Below, in pieces: positions 1-8,826 of a stretch of 28,162 bases of DNA (position 1 is the first letter of the stretch; each line of letters begins with the position of its first letter). The notes beneath the pieces were generated by a model, which did no database searches, was not told the DNA's origin, and saw nothing but the letters and a program-made list of their open reading frames with translations. Source of the stretch: a virus (taxonomy: Duplodnaviria; Caudoviricetes); the IMG/VR virus record IMGVR_UViG_3300032282_002037, positions 1 through 28,162 of that record. The stretch is one strand, 5' to 3'. Position numbers and translations under genes: made by a program.

Positions 1-324
1 GCAAGTGGTGTTCAAGCAACAATAAACACGTTGAGTGTTACTAATCCAAGTGCCACCGTAATACTATCATATAACTCAACAACATATCACGGAAGTAATT
101 TAAATTTTGTTGTAATTGAAGATAGTACAGGTAAATCAACAACTTTTAATATTTTAACTTCAAATGGTAATGCTAAAGTTGCAAATATTCAAACATATAA
201 AATTGCATCTGAAGGATCTTCACCGGCACCAACAATATCAACAGCAATAAACGGTTCTAACATAGAAGTAAGAGTAACAGATACTGGAACTTTTAGTTAT
301 AAAGGATATGCTCAATTATTTTAA
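1..324 (+). CDS. C-terminal part of a probable virion structural protein (tail fibre/baseplate type), 5' truncated
   Basis: The frame is open from base 1 (ASGVQATINTLSVTNPS...), so the TTG at 31 is probably internal. Ser/Thr/Asn-rich beta-strand composition, directly upstream of a BppU-like gene. Confidence 0.6.
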   Translation, partial: ASGVQATINTLSVTNPSATVILSYNSTTYHGSNLNFVVIEDSTGKSTTFNILTSNGNAKVANIQTYKIASEGSSPAPTISTAINGSNIEVRVTDTGTFSYKGYAQLF

Positions 325-327
325 TAT

Positions 328-696
328 ATGGAATTTTATATAAGACAGGGGGCATCTGACCCTATACTAAAGATGAAAATGATTGATGACGGTAAGAATG
401 ATAAATCATTTTTAAACGATCTTCTTGAAAACTCCGACATTACTTTTGAAATGCTAAATATTAAGACAGGTGAACCAGTTATATTAAATAGTGGATGTTT
501 GTTAACAACCAGAACTAAAAAATATAACCAAACAACTGATGAGTATTATATAACACATAGGTTTACCGAATCTCATACTGCTGAGATTGGAAAATATGAA
601 GGTATAATAAAAGTTCAATTTTTAGATACAAATTCTAATCCGACAACAAAATTGCTTTTACCAATAAGAGAGAAACTTTATATTAATGTTATTTAA
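328..696 (+). CDS. BppU N-terminal-like (baseplate upper protein type) Ig-like domain protein
   Basis: 122 aa with the pattern FYIRQGASDPILKMKM...ITFEM...YITHRFTESHTAEIGKYEGIIKVQF...LYINV, which resembles BppU_N domains (I.QGD...L, F...T...G.Y.....V). Confidence 0.6.
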   Translation: MEFYIRQGASDPILKMKMIDDGKNDKSFLNDLLENSDITFEMLNIKTGEPVILNSGCLLTTRTKKYNQTTDEYYITHRFTESHTAEIGKYEGIIKVQFLDTNSNPTTKLLLPIREKLYINVI

Positions 697-3596
697 ACAT
701 TTGTTGCGTGGTACGCGTAATCATGACCGTTTGTTTCTATTATCTCTTCGTCTTCATTATTTTTTACACTGTTTGCTTGGAATTTAACAACTTTTCTATT
801 ATGCTCAACCCATCCTTGATCAACTAGTTTTAAACTATCTTCAATATACATAAAAAATGGATCTCTGTTTATTTTATTCCAAAATAAAACCTCACTATCT
901 GCTAATGTCATTACTTCATCATAACTATCTTGTCCACCTTCTTTTAAAGGAAAACCAGAAGTTAATTCACATTGGGTTTTAGTGAAATATTGTCTTTCTT
1001 CTGGGTGTTCAATTAATATAGAATCTCTAATTTCTGGTTTGAACACAACTAATAGAGGTTCAATTCTTTTATTAAAAATACTAACATATCTAGCAACATT
1101 ATATTCACCTGTTAAATCTGGATTGTTCACAATTTCCTTTTCTGGTATCATGTAACAATTTACTTCGATATAATCTGATGGCATTGGTTTACCGTGCTTT
1201 GCAATATATTCTTCTTGTTGTTTTTTTGTTGGTTTAGATATTTTTTGAACATCTCCGGAACTTTTTTTAGTACCATTATTCACATAATATATTGTGTCAC
1301 CTAATCCGGCTGGATGGTCATTTTGTAAGATAAGTTCCATGTGTGCTTGTCTAGACATTAACGATCCTGCCTTTGTTGTTTTTTTTATGTGTTTTTTATA
1401 ATCAGAAATACTTTGTTTAACACGCGATTTGTTTGCTATTTTAGATAACGGTATTTGTTTATTATAAATTTTATCAAACGTTTCATAATAAAACTCTAAA
1501 AATCTTGGACCATCACCATCTAACAAATATTTTAAACCATCATCCAAGAACTCAACAACATATTGTTGCAATTTTTTAGATTTAATCGTGTTACCTGTTA
1601 ATTTTATTTTTTCTTTACCTTTCTTAATTAATTTAATGATGTAGTTTTTTCTAGATATATTAATACATGCGGGTGCTGTGTAGTCAATATCTAAACCCAT
1701 TTCATTTCTCATGAAAATATCATTAAACTCAGCCGTATCTGCGGAGATACCAACATATTCTTTATTTTCTTCAACTAATTCATTTAAACCTTTACCAATA
1801 TATTTGTGATCATCAATATCATCGGGTGTTGAAAAGTTAACACCATCAGTATCCATAACCAGTGGTTTATATCCTTTCTTTTCAAAGAACATAATCATCA
1901 TTCTTAAACATTGTCTACCAACACAAGTGATTGTCTCACCCATATTCATGTCTCCCCAAGGAAATACATGCGGCGCAGATAATGAACCAAAATACGCGTT
2001 AATAAAAATCTTAATTGGTAATTGTTTCCGATCATACATTTCGGCAAGCACTGGATTTTTATCTTTATGTTCTCCCGCTAAACGCTTATACATGATACGA
2101 ATATTACGGAAATATTTTAACATAGATTTTTGTACGCCCATAATATCACAATCGGGAAACACATCATAAACAAGTTGAATTGATGGGTATAGTGACGCAT
2201 AGTCAAACTTAACAATGTTCTTTGCGTAACCAACATTTAATAAACGAGACAATCCACCTGTGATAGCCCTCTTGGTATCTCTCGCAGGAATTGCTAAATT
2301 ATTTTCATAGGACCACGCTAACATTATTATTTTCCATAAGGTTGCTGTACCCATTGTTGCAATTCTCTCATATGTTGTAGGTACGACTTTAGAAAGTAAA
2401 AATGTTGATTGACTAAATGAATCATCAACAATCATAGTTTCATATAAGTCATCGTCTAGATATTGTTCAATTATTTTTCTGCCTGGCCAAATTTCAAATT
2501 TACCTGGAAATTTTTCTAACAAACCTTCTGTACCTGGTTCACCGATTTCTTTATAATTTCCTGTTTTTGGGTTTACATAATAACTTCCATTGTCCAAATA
2601 TATTTTAGATATTTTACCACCATCAACATAAACCCGATTAGGTTTTTCCTTTTCCAAATATTGTGTAATATACTTCAGACCCCAAGATTTAATTTCAGAG
2701 TTAATTGCTTGTGCCCTGCGAACGCCGTGCGCGATATCAACAATACTAAAACCCCATAAGACAAATTGATTATATGGCTCAACCTCGTTCGCTAATTTCA
2801 ACATACCTTCTCTCATCTTAAGACCATCGACATCTGTATATAATCTAGATTTTTCAGAAACATTTATTCCTAAGATTTCTGCCCTTTTAACTATAAATGG
2901 AAAGTCAAACGATGCTGAGTTGTAACCACCTAAGATTGTTGGTTTACTTGTTCTTATTATATCAAAAAATTCTTCAATACATTTTTTCTCGCCATCTTCG
3001 CCGAATGCGCTTAATGTTTTTTTAAAACCTTTGTTGTCCTTAACACCTATAAGAATTATCTCGCTACTTTCTGGTGATAACCCTGTTGTCTCAATATCGA
3101 ACACCATTCTGTGTACACCATCATAATCGTCAATTCCCTTAAATAATCTTTTTTTCTTTTGAATTAGATATTGTTCAACGGGTGATAGTATTGTGAAGAA
3201 GGGTTTATTGTCTTCGTGCCAAGGATCTAAACCACCTTGTTTAAAAAATTGAATAAGATCTGTATACGATTTAATACTTTTTACAAGATATTGTAAACCA
3301 TTTTCTAATCTTTCATTTCCGCCGGTTTCTAATTTTTCAATAAGAATACCATGCTCGGCCATTTTTCTTTTTTGTAAACCTTTACTTCCACTATAAAAAT
3401 TTAAGCCGCTGAGATCACCAACCCATAAAAATGGGACAAAAGAATCTTCTTTTACTATTTTACCCTGTTCAGGGTCTTGTATGATTTTGTAAATTGTATT
3501 AGTTCTATAATCGTATTCTAATCCAACGATATAATCCTCTGGATCTGAACCATTTAAGAAACTCTCAATAACTTCTTGAGATATAACTTCCGACAT
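693..3596 (-). CDS. polB: Family B DNA polymerase with 3'-5' proofreading exonuclease
   Basis: ExoI FDIETTG, ExoII GYNSASFDFPFI, ExoIII YLDDD; polymerase motif A KFDYASLYPSI, motif B KQLPIKIFINAYFG, motif C MDTDG, then RKNY. Confidence 0.97.
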   Translation of the reverse strand: MSEVISQEVIESFLNGSDPEDYIVGLEYDYRTNTIYKIIQDPEQGKIVKEDSFVPFLWVGDLSGLNFYSGSKGLQKRKMAEHGILIEKLETGGNERLENGLQYLVKSIKSYTDLIQFFKQGGLDPWHEDNKPFFTILSPVEQYLIQKKKRLFKGIDDYDGVHRMVFDIETTGLSPESSEIILIGVKDNKGFKKTLSAFGEDGEKKCIEEFFDIIRTSKPTILGGYNSASFDFPFIVKRAEILGINVSEKSRLYTDVDGLKMREGMLKLANEVEPYNQFVLWGFSIVDIAHGVRRAQAINSEIKSWGLKYITQYLEKEKPNRVYVDGGKISKIYLDNGSYYVNPKTGNYKEIGEPGTEGLLEKFPGKFEIWPGRKIIEQYLDDDLYETMIVDDSFSQSTFLLSKVVPTTYERIATMGTATLWKIIMLAWSYENNLAIPARDTKRAITGGLSRLLNVGYAKNIVKFDYASLYPSIQLVYDVFPDCDIMGVQKSMLKYFRNIRIMYKRLAGEHKDKNPVLAEMYDRKQLPIKIFINAYFGSLSAPHVFPWGDMNMGETITCVGRQCLRMMIMFFEKKGYKPLVMDTDGVNFSTPDDIDDHKYIGKGLNELVEENKEYVGISADTAEFNDIFMRNEMGLDIDYTAPACINISRKNYIIKLIKKGKEKIKLTGNTIKSKKLQQYVVEFLDDGLKYLLDGDGPRFLEFYYETFDKIYNKQIPLSKIANKSRVKQSISDYKKHIKKTTKAGSLMSRQAHMELILQNDHPAGLGDTIYYVNNGTKKSSGDVQKISKPTKKQQEEYIAKHGKPMPSDYIEVNCYMIPEKEIVNNPDLTGEYNVARYVSIFNKRIEPLLVVFKPEIRDSILIEHPEERQYFTKTQCELTSGFPLKEGGQDSYDEVMTLADSEVLFWNKINRDPFFMYIEDSLKLVDQGWVEHNRKVVKFQANSVKNNEDEEIIETNGHDYAYHATNV

Positions 3597-3605
3597 AATT
3601 TGATT

Positions 3606-3663
3606 TTTTTGGGTGACCTATTGTTCTCACGAATAGTTTCGTGATTTGCCTTTCACCTAAAAA
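3606..3663 (-). promoter_or_regulatory. Structured 5' leader of polB (nested stem-loop), putative translational operator
   Basis: Inner stem TCACGAA (3627-3633)/TTCGTGA (3638-3644) with a 4-nt loop. Outer stem GGTGA (3612-3616)/TCACC (3653-3657), extendable by T5/A5. Purine-rich 8x10 internal loop on the minus strand. The outer stem ends 15 nt before the ATG. Confidence 0.55.
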
Positions 3664-3689
3664 TAAGTAAAATATCCCAAAAAACCAAA
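3658..3689 (-). promoter_or_regulatory. Putative Bacteroidota sigmaA-type promoter for polB
   Basis: Minus strand TTTG-N20-TATTTTTA, one mismatch to the TTTG-N19/21-TAnnTTTG consensus. Confidence 0.5.
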
Positions 3690-3694
3690 TTTCT

Positions 3695-4810
3695 TTAAAT
3701 TACGTTGTAAGGGTTGTTGAATGGACGATACTTTAAGGCCTTGTTTAAATTTTCCGCCTCGTTACCTTTTCTTTCCATCATTTTTTCTGGACGCATTCTT
3801 TCTAAACGTTGCATTAATTCTTCTTGTAGTTTTAATTTCTCGTCTTTTCCCTCGGTTAATAATGAAGTATAATCTAATGAAACTTCACTGTCTGGAACCT
3901 TAAGAGCGCCTGAGAATTTACCATATATTCTACCTAAAGATTCTTTACAATATGCTGTAAAATATTTTCTAACCCAGTTTTGCGCTGGTCTATTTAATTC
4001 ATCCCAAGCCAACTGTTCAGTCATAACATCTGAAGGTAATTTAACTAATTCTTTGTTTTTATCTGCACATGTTTCAGCGTCAACACTGTCATAATACCAG
4101 TACCAAACCTTATAATTGTTTCTAGATATGTTAAAAAAGTCAAATCTACCTCCAGGAACATTATATAAATGGACGTGTTTTACCCCATTTGGTCCAGCGG
4201 TAATTCTATATGTTAAATCACCACCAATCATTCTGTTTTTGATATTTCTATCCTGCATTCTAAGTAATAGGTCGTATGCTGGTAACATAAAATAGGAACC
4301 TTGTGAACCCACTTGAGCAAATCCACCAATTCCACCAAAACCAACACCACCTAAACCACCAAAACCACCTAGGAACGGATCAACAATTGAATCAGATAAC
4401 TCTGGCCTACTGAACCACAATAGTTCATTAATTTCCCTACCGGCTGGAATTACATACATTTGTTGACCACTAACTAAATCAAAATAGTCCTTCTTTAAGA
4501 CATTTGGTCCGTTTGCTTGTAAACCAACAATTTTAGAATATGCGTACGAATATTGTGTTTCAAAATCTAAACTTCTGGTTGTAAAAGCCCTAGATAACGA
4601 TTGAGTATCAACATCAATACCAACAAGCGAGGACCATTGAGATTCAATTAACCAGTCATTAACCAATTGTTCATATTCGTTTATGGCTAATTCTACAAAT
4701 GTGTCCATTTGTTCTTCGGTTAATTCCACCCCTCTAACTGGCATACCCAATAAATGTAAAACCTGGGTAAATAATTTTTCTTTTTCAGATGCGCTAATTA
4801 CGGTACTCAT
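3695..4810 (-). CDS. Neck protein / head-tail adaptor (T4 gp13-like)
   Basis: N-terminal LGMPVRGVELTEEQMDTFVELAI and C-terminal WVRKYFTAYCKESLGRIYGKF...VSLDYTSLLTEGKDEKLKLQEEL parallel the T4 gp13 motifs. Confidence 0.85.
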   Translation of the reverse strand: MSTVISASEKEKLFTQVLHLLGMPVRGVELTEEQMDTFVELAINEYEQLVNDWLIESQWSSLVGIDVDTQSLSRAFTTRSLDFETQYSYAYSKIVGLQANGPNVLKKDYFDLVSGQQMYVIPAGREINELLWFSRPELSDSIVDPFLGGFGGLGGVGFGGIGGFAQVGSQGSYFMLPAYDLLLRMQDRNIKNRMIGGDLTYRITAGPNGVKHVHLYNVPGGRFDFFNISRNNYKVWYWYYDSVDAETCADKNKELVKLPSDVMTEQLAWDELNRPAQNWVRKYFTAYCKESLGRIYGKFSGALKVPDSEVSLDYTSLLTEGKDEKLKLQEELMQRLERMRPEKMMERKGNEAENLNKALKYRPFNNPYNVI

Positions 4811-4811
4811 A

Positions 4812-4843
4812 CTTGCTTTATTCCTATAAATACATTATTTTTG
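4812..4843 (+). promoter_or_regulatory. Putative Bacteroidota sigmaA-type promoter for the ORF at 4849
   Basis: CTTG (4812-4815)-N20-TATTTTTG (4836-4843, a perfect TAnnTTTG); the ATG follows 5 nt later. Confidence 0.55.
4825..4832 (-). promoter_or_regulatory. Putative late promoter motif TATTTATA for the neck gene
   Basis: TATTTATA on the minus strand 14 nt upstream of the ATG at 4810; the same motif precedes the other structural operons. Confidence 0.65.
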
Positions 4844-4848
4844 GGATT

Positions 4849-5061
4849 ATGGATATTTCAGATGTTCTATATAAGACATTTATTTTTAGTACCACTAATG
4901 GTTTCGATTTTCAATATTCTAGCGCTGATGCTGAGAAAAACGGATTTAACATTGATGAGGACCAAAGGATAGTTACGCTCACTATTGTAGATGTGGAAGA
5001 CAAGAATCTTCCAAATATGATTGAGGAATGTTATTCCCAACTACAAAAGTGTCTTAAGTAA
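4849..5061 (+). CDS. Small acidic hypothetical protein (70 aa)
   Basis: Fills the gap between the neck and SNF2 genes. The ATG at 4849 is preferred over the TTG at 4813 because the latter lies inside the promoter region. Overlaps the SNF2 3' end by 21 nt. Confidence 0.6.
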   Translation: MDISDVLYKTFIFSTTNGFDFQYSSADAEKNGFNIDEDQRIVTLTIVDVEDKNLPNMIEECYSQLQKCLK

Positions 5062-6789
5062 TTCAGAAGCAAAGGTGTCACTAAATTCCCCGTCTCCCAT
5101 TACCTGATCGATAATGTTTTTCTTCTTTTGTAAAATGTTATATATGTTAACTTCTATAGTATTTTCAAAAACTGGGTAATAAACTAATACACTATTTTTT
5201 TGACCATACCTATACGCCCTGTCTTCCGCTTGTGAGTGGTGAGCCGGAACAAAAGAAAGGTCATTCATGATTACTGTCTCAGCCGCCGTTAACGTGATAC
5301 CAACACCGCCAGCAATAATATTAGATATAAACACCTTTATTTTGTCTTCATTCTGAAACCTGTCAACACTTTCCTGTCTTTTTTCTTTAGACATCCTACC
5401 ATCTAATACTACGGAATTTTTTTTGTATTTTTCTTGGATAGCATCTAATGTTTGTGTAAAATTAGTAAACACAATGACCTTCTTGCCTTGATCTAGACAT
5501 TTGTCAATTAACTCACAGGTATATGGCACCTTTTCAATTGAAATTAATTGTCTTATCTTCATTAACCTATTAATTGTTACAGTTAAACTTTCGTTTTTTC
5601 TACTTTCTTTAGAAATCCTCATAAACTCTTCTAATTCTTCGTCATAGAAGGTGTTTTTTAATTCTAAAAATATTGGTGTTATTATTTTTTCGGGTAAATC
5701 AAGTATGTCTGTTTTTAACCTTCTTAAAACTAGATTCTTTGTTCTTTCTCTTAGTTCGTCCAGGTTTGATGATCCGCTTGTGTTCCATATTTTTTTACCA
5801 CCCACATTAAATTGATACCCTTTACAATATCTTCTAACGAATGCCTGCCAGTTTAACGTCAATGGAGAATTTACAATGTGTAATAAATTAAAATAATTTA
5901 TTGGTCTTGATGTCATTGGAGTCCCTGTTAGTAACCAAACCTTTGGTATCTTTGCAAGAATATCATTTAATAGTTTTGTTCTTTGTGCAGTTGCGTTTGA
6001 AATATAATGTGCCTCATCAACGATTGCTAAATCAAAACCCTCGTTCATTATTAATTTATACGCTTCGCTATCTTCACTTTTATCTGTTGTGTGAAAATTT
6101 TTTAAAATGTCGTAGTTGATAATATAATAATCAAATGTTGATCCCCATTTTTTACCTTCAATTAAAAGTATTCTTCTATCTGTGTAGTTTTTAATTTCTC
6201 GTTCCCAGTTAATTTTAAGCGAAGCCGGACAAACTATTAATATTTTTTTTGCGTTACTCTCTAAAGACGCAATAACAGCCGCAGTAGTTTTTCCTAACCC
6301 CATATCATCAGCCAAAATATAACGATTATTTGCTAATAACTTTTCAATCGCTTCTTTTTGATGATTCATCGGTGGTCTTGAATCGTATTTGGTATAATCT
6401 ATTTCTCTATTTAATTTTTTCTCTTCAACAATTACTGCCGCCTTTGGTACCCACATTGCTTGTAGTTTATCACTTTCAATAACCTTACCCCAAATATGAA
6501 ACGCTTTATCTGTTTCACATAAAAGTTTTTCAGCCCAAATTCTATATGGTGTTTCGGACATACCTCTATCTTGAGATAACTTTTCAGCAAAGGTTATAGC
6601 AATACCAAGATACTTTCTAGCAATCTTTGGTGTTACTGAACTAAATTTTATAATATATTCTGCTTGGGTTCTGGTAATCTTAAATGTCTTAGCATTTAAC
6701 TTACTTTTCCATTCTAATATTTGGTTGTTTGAACCATCATAGTTTTCCAGTATTTCCCTCGCTTCAATTTCTGGTATCATATTACCCAT
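5041..6789 (-). CDS. SNF2-family (SMARCAL1/HARP-like) helicase/ATPase
   Basis: Motif I LADDMGLGKT, Ia IVCPASLKINWERE, II DEAH, III LLTGTP, V AGGVGITLTAA, VI QAEDRAYRYGQ. Confidence 0.96.
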   Translation of the reverse strand: MGNMIPEIEAREILENYDGSNNQILEWKSKLNAKTFKITRTQAEYIIKFSSVTPKIARKYLGIAITFAEKLSQDRGMSETPYRIWAEKLLCETDKAFHIWGKVIESDKLQAMWVPKAAVIVEEKKLNREIDYTKYDSRPPMNHQKEAIEKLLANNRYILADDMGLGKTTAAVIASLESNAKKILIVCPASLKINWEREIKNYTDRRILLIEGKKWGSTFDYYIINYDILKNFHTTDKSEDSEAYKLIMNEGFDLAIVDEAHYISNATAQRTKLLNDILAKIPKVWLLTGTPMTSRPINYFNLLHIVNSPLTLNWQAFVRRYCKGYQFNVGGKKIWNTSGSSNLDELRERTKNLVLRRLKTDILDLPEKIITPIFLELKNTFYDEELEEFMRISKESRKNESLTVTINRLMKIRQLISIEKVPYTCELIDKCLDQGKKVIVFTNFTQTLDAIQEKYKKNSVVLDGRMSKEKRQESVDRFQNEDKIKVFISNIIAGGVGITLTAAETVIMNDLSFVPAHHSQAEDRAYRYGQKNSVLVYYPVFENTIEVNIYNILQKKKNIIDQVMGDGEFSDTFASELLKTLL

Positions 6790-6795
6790 AGATAT

Positions 6796-6826
6796 CTAAT
6801 ATAATCAAATACAAACACTTTCTAAA
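6796..6826 (-). promoter_or_regulatory. Putative host-type promoter for SNF2 (near-leaderless)
   Basis: Minus strand TTTA-N19-TATATTAG (one mismatch in each element of the Bacteroidota consensus); the ATG is 6 nt downstream. Confidence 0.4.
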
Positions 6827-6827
6827 C

Positions 6828-6835
6828 TATTTATT
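6828..6835 (+). promoter_or_regulatory. Putative late promoter motif TATTTATT
   Basis: Ends 4 nt upstream of the ATG at 6840. Confidence 0.6.
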
Positions 6836-6839
6836 AGGT

Positions 6840-7352
6840 ATGGATAATAAACTACCAATCACTAGATTAAGTAAGTTTTTCTCAAATGAGGACTTTGATT
6901 TACAGATACAAATGGGTCAAGAGTACTTACATGGAGATCTAAATTTAAAATTAGTACTCTTTAGAGTTGATAGACAAAAGACAACTAAAGATGACGTATA
7001 TGGTGAAGTGGGTGTTGATGAAGTTAAGTACTTTCCACCTATTGAGTTTAATGCTCTTGTTCAAATAGAAGGGCCAAAAAACAATTCATATAAAAACGGT
7101 TTATTGAGATACCTTGAGCCAGGTAATATGTCAGTTTCTGTATATATAAAACATTTGGAGGAACTAAATGTTGAAATAAAATATGGTGACTTTATTGGAT
7201 ATCCTGAAACAGAAAATAGGATGAGATATTATACTGTGGTAAATGATGGTAAGGTAACTTCGGATAACAAACATAACCTATTTGGTCAAAGACCTTATTA
7301 TAGGACAATAATCTGTGCTCCGGCGCAAGAACAAGAATTTAGAGGGGTATAA
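6840..7352 (+). CDS. Head completion / neck protein (T4 gp14-like)
   Basis: 170 aa with the DDVYGE motif, a ...YIKHLEELNVEIKYGDFI... SPP1 gp16/gp14-type beta-barrel pattern, and a position directly before the gp15-like gene. Confidence 0.7.
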   Translation: MDNKLPITRLSKFFSNEDFDLQIQMGQEYLHGDLNLKLVLFRVDRQKTTKDDVYGEVGVDEVKYFPPIEFNALVQIEGPKNNSYKNGLLRYLEPGNMSVSVYIKHLEELNVEIKYGDFIGYPETENRMRYYTVVNDGKVTSDNKHNLFGQRPYYRTIICAPAQEQEFRGV

Positions 7353-7353
7353 A

Positions 7354-8589
7354 ATGGCAGTACCAAAAAAGAAAAACGACATTAACGTATATACAGGTAA
7401 AGAATTATTACCTAGAAGACAACAAATTTTAGATAGTATAACTAAATCTGACACATACTTACCAGACCCTGTTTTACATGATGATTTAGATATGGGTATG
7501 CTAGAATTTGTTAAAAACAACTTAAAGGTTGTTAGTGACAATAAGCAAATACCTGTTATTCCAAGAATATTAACAATACAAAGATGGTCGCAAGTAATGA
7601 ATACTTGGGAGTTCTCTGATGAGGATAATAATTTAAAGGTCCCATTTATTGGTGTGATAAGAAGACCAGACGTTCAACCAGGTACAAATCCGTCTATACA
7701 AAGAACAATACCAGAAAGATTACCATTTCATTATGCAACTGTGGCTACATGGAACGGAACACAAATGGGTGCTGACGTATACAAAATCCCACAACCGGTT
7801 GCTGTTGATATTACTTATGATGTTACAATTGTTTGTTCTAGATTGAGAGAACTTAATAGATTTAATAAAGTTATTATGCAAAAATTCGCTTCTAGACAGG
7901 CGTATACTATGGTGAAAGGTCATTATGTTCCGATTGTCATGGATAAACTAGAAGATAATTCTCCGATAGATCAAATAGATGGCCGTAGATATTATTTACA
8001 AAATTATACTTTCACATTATTAGGGTTTTTAATAGATGAAGAGGAGTTTGAGGTTAAACCAGCGATAAGTAGATCGTTTTTATTGAATGAATTTATTGAA
8101 GGTAACTCGGGTAAAAAAACAATTATTAACAAATTGATTGAGTTGTCTGTAATGACATTCATTGCTGATGGTATGCAAACACAATTTAGTGTTGGTGAAA
8201 GTATCGGTATCTTATTTAGCGTTACTGTTAATGGTCTTATCCAAGAAAGGGATGTTGATTACTTTCATATTGCTAAAACATCTAAGGTAACTTTTGACAC
8301 AGCCCCTTTTGAGGGAAGCACAATCATTATTTCATACTATAAAGGTAACAAAGACACATTAATTGACAATTATGGTAGAATTTTCAGTGTTTCTACGGAA
8401 TATTTTACTTATGACGGTAATTCTTTAACATTCCAATTACAAAATGAAATAAGTAGTATCATAAGTTTAGATGTCAATGGTCTTCAGGAAGAAGAAAATC
8501 AGGGTTTTGATATTACCAGTAGAAATGAAGTAACACTTAACTTCTCTCCGGGAATAAACTCAAGAGTTGGGGTGACTTATTTGTATTAA
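7354..8589 (+). CDS. Tail terminator / sheath stabiliser (T4 gp15-like) with two C-terminal beta-sandwich repeats
   Basis: The ATG at 7354 follows the upstream stop by 1 nt. YKIPQPVAVDITYDVTI...ELNRF...F and RYYLQNYTFTLLGFL match the gp15-like core. Located before the sheath gene. Confidence 0.75.
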   Translation: MAVPKKKNDINVYTGKELLPRRQQILDSITKSDTYLPDPVLHDDLDMGMLEFVKNNLKVVSDNKQIPVIPRILTIQRWSQVMNTWEFSDEDNNLKVPFIGVIRRPDVQPGTNPSIQRTIPERLPFHYATVATWNGTQMGADVYKIPQPVAVDITYDVTIVCSRLRELNRFNKVIMQKFASRQAYTMVKGHYVPIVMDKLEDNSPIDQIDGRRYYLQNYTFTLLGFLIDEEEFEVKPAISRSFLLNEFIEGNSGKKTIINKLIELSVMTFIADGMQTQFSVGESIGILFSVTVNGLIQERDVDYFHIAKTSKVTFDTAPFEGSTIIISYYKGNKDTLIDNYGRIFSVSTEYFTYDGNSLTFQLQNEISSIISLDVNGLQEEENQGFDITSRNEVTLNFSPGINSRVGVTYLY

Positions 8590-8744
8590 GTTTCACCATA
8601 TATATCCCTTTTCTTAGGTTTACAGGTTTCCTCTACAAATTTTTCTAAAACCTTGTAGATTTTTAAACCGTGCCTGTCACAATACTCTTTTAGCATTTCA
8701 TGATGCTTTTCACTAATTTTTACGTTTTTTGTTGTTGCTTTCAT
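8586..8744 (-). CDS. Unannotated 52-aa ribbon-helix-helix (CopG/Arc-like) DNA-binding protein
   Basis: MKATTKNVKISEKHHEMLKEYCDRHGLKIYKVLEKFVEETCKPKKRDIYGET: alternating strand KNVKIS, helix, Gly turn, second amphipathic helix. Its stop overlaps the gp15-like stop in TTAA, and TATTTAT lies 8 nt upstream. Confidence 0.8.
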   Translation of the reverse strand: MKATTKNVKISEKHHEMLKEYCDRHGLKIYKVLEKFVEETCKPKKRDIYGET

Positions 8745-8785
8745 ATCTTAAGATAAATAATGATAAAATAGGATAAAATACTATC
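8744..8785. repeat. Phased GATAAA direct repeats and a TATCTTAAGATA palindrome upstream of the RHH gene
   Basis: GATAAA at 8752, 8762 and 8772 (10-bp period), perfect palindrome at 8744-8755, and an inverted TATC at 8782. Confidence 0.6.
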
Positions 8786-8826
8786 TAAATACAAAAAACT
8801 TGAGAAATCTTTGATGAAAACAAAGA

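Noticed and set aside
3617-3652. Resemblance of the polB leader (GGCAAA-stem-GA..CAA) to a c-di-GMP-I riboswitch
   Set aside because: It lacks the GNRA tetraloop, the GACGCAAAG segment and the second hairpin with the tetraloop receptor; kept only as an unknown structured leader.
4825-4832. Canonical T4 late promoter TATAAATA on the plus strand upstream of ORF 4849
   Set aside because: Better explained as the TATTTATA motif of the divergent neck gene, matching the orientation seen at all other structural genes; ORF 4849 has its own host-type motif. Not fully excluded.
693-6789. Inteins, introns or homing endonucleases in polB or SNF2
   Set aside because: The catalytic motifs are contiguous and I see no intein splice-junction, LAGLIDADG or HNH signatures.
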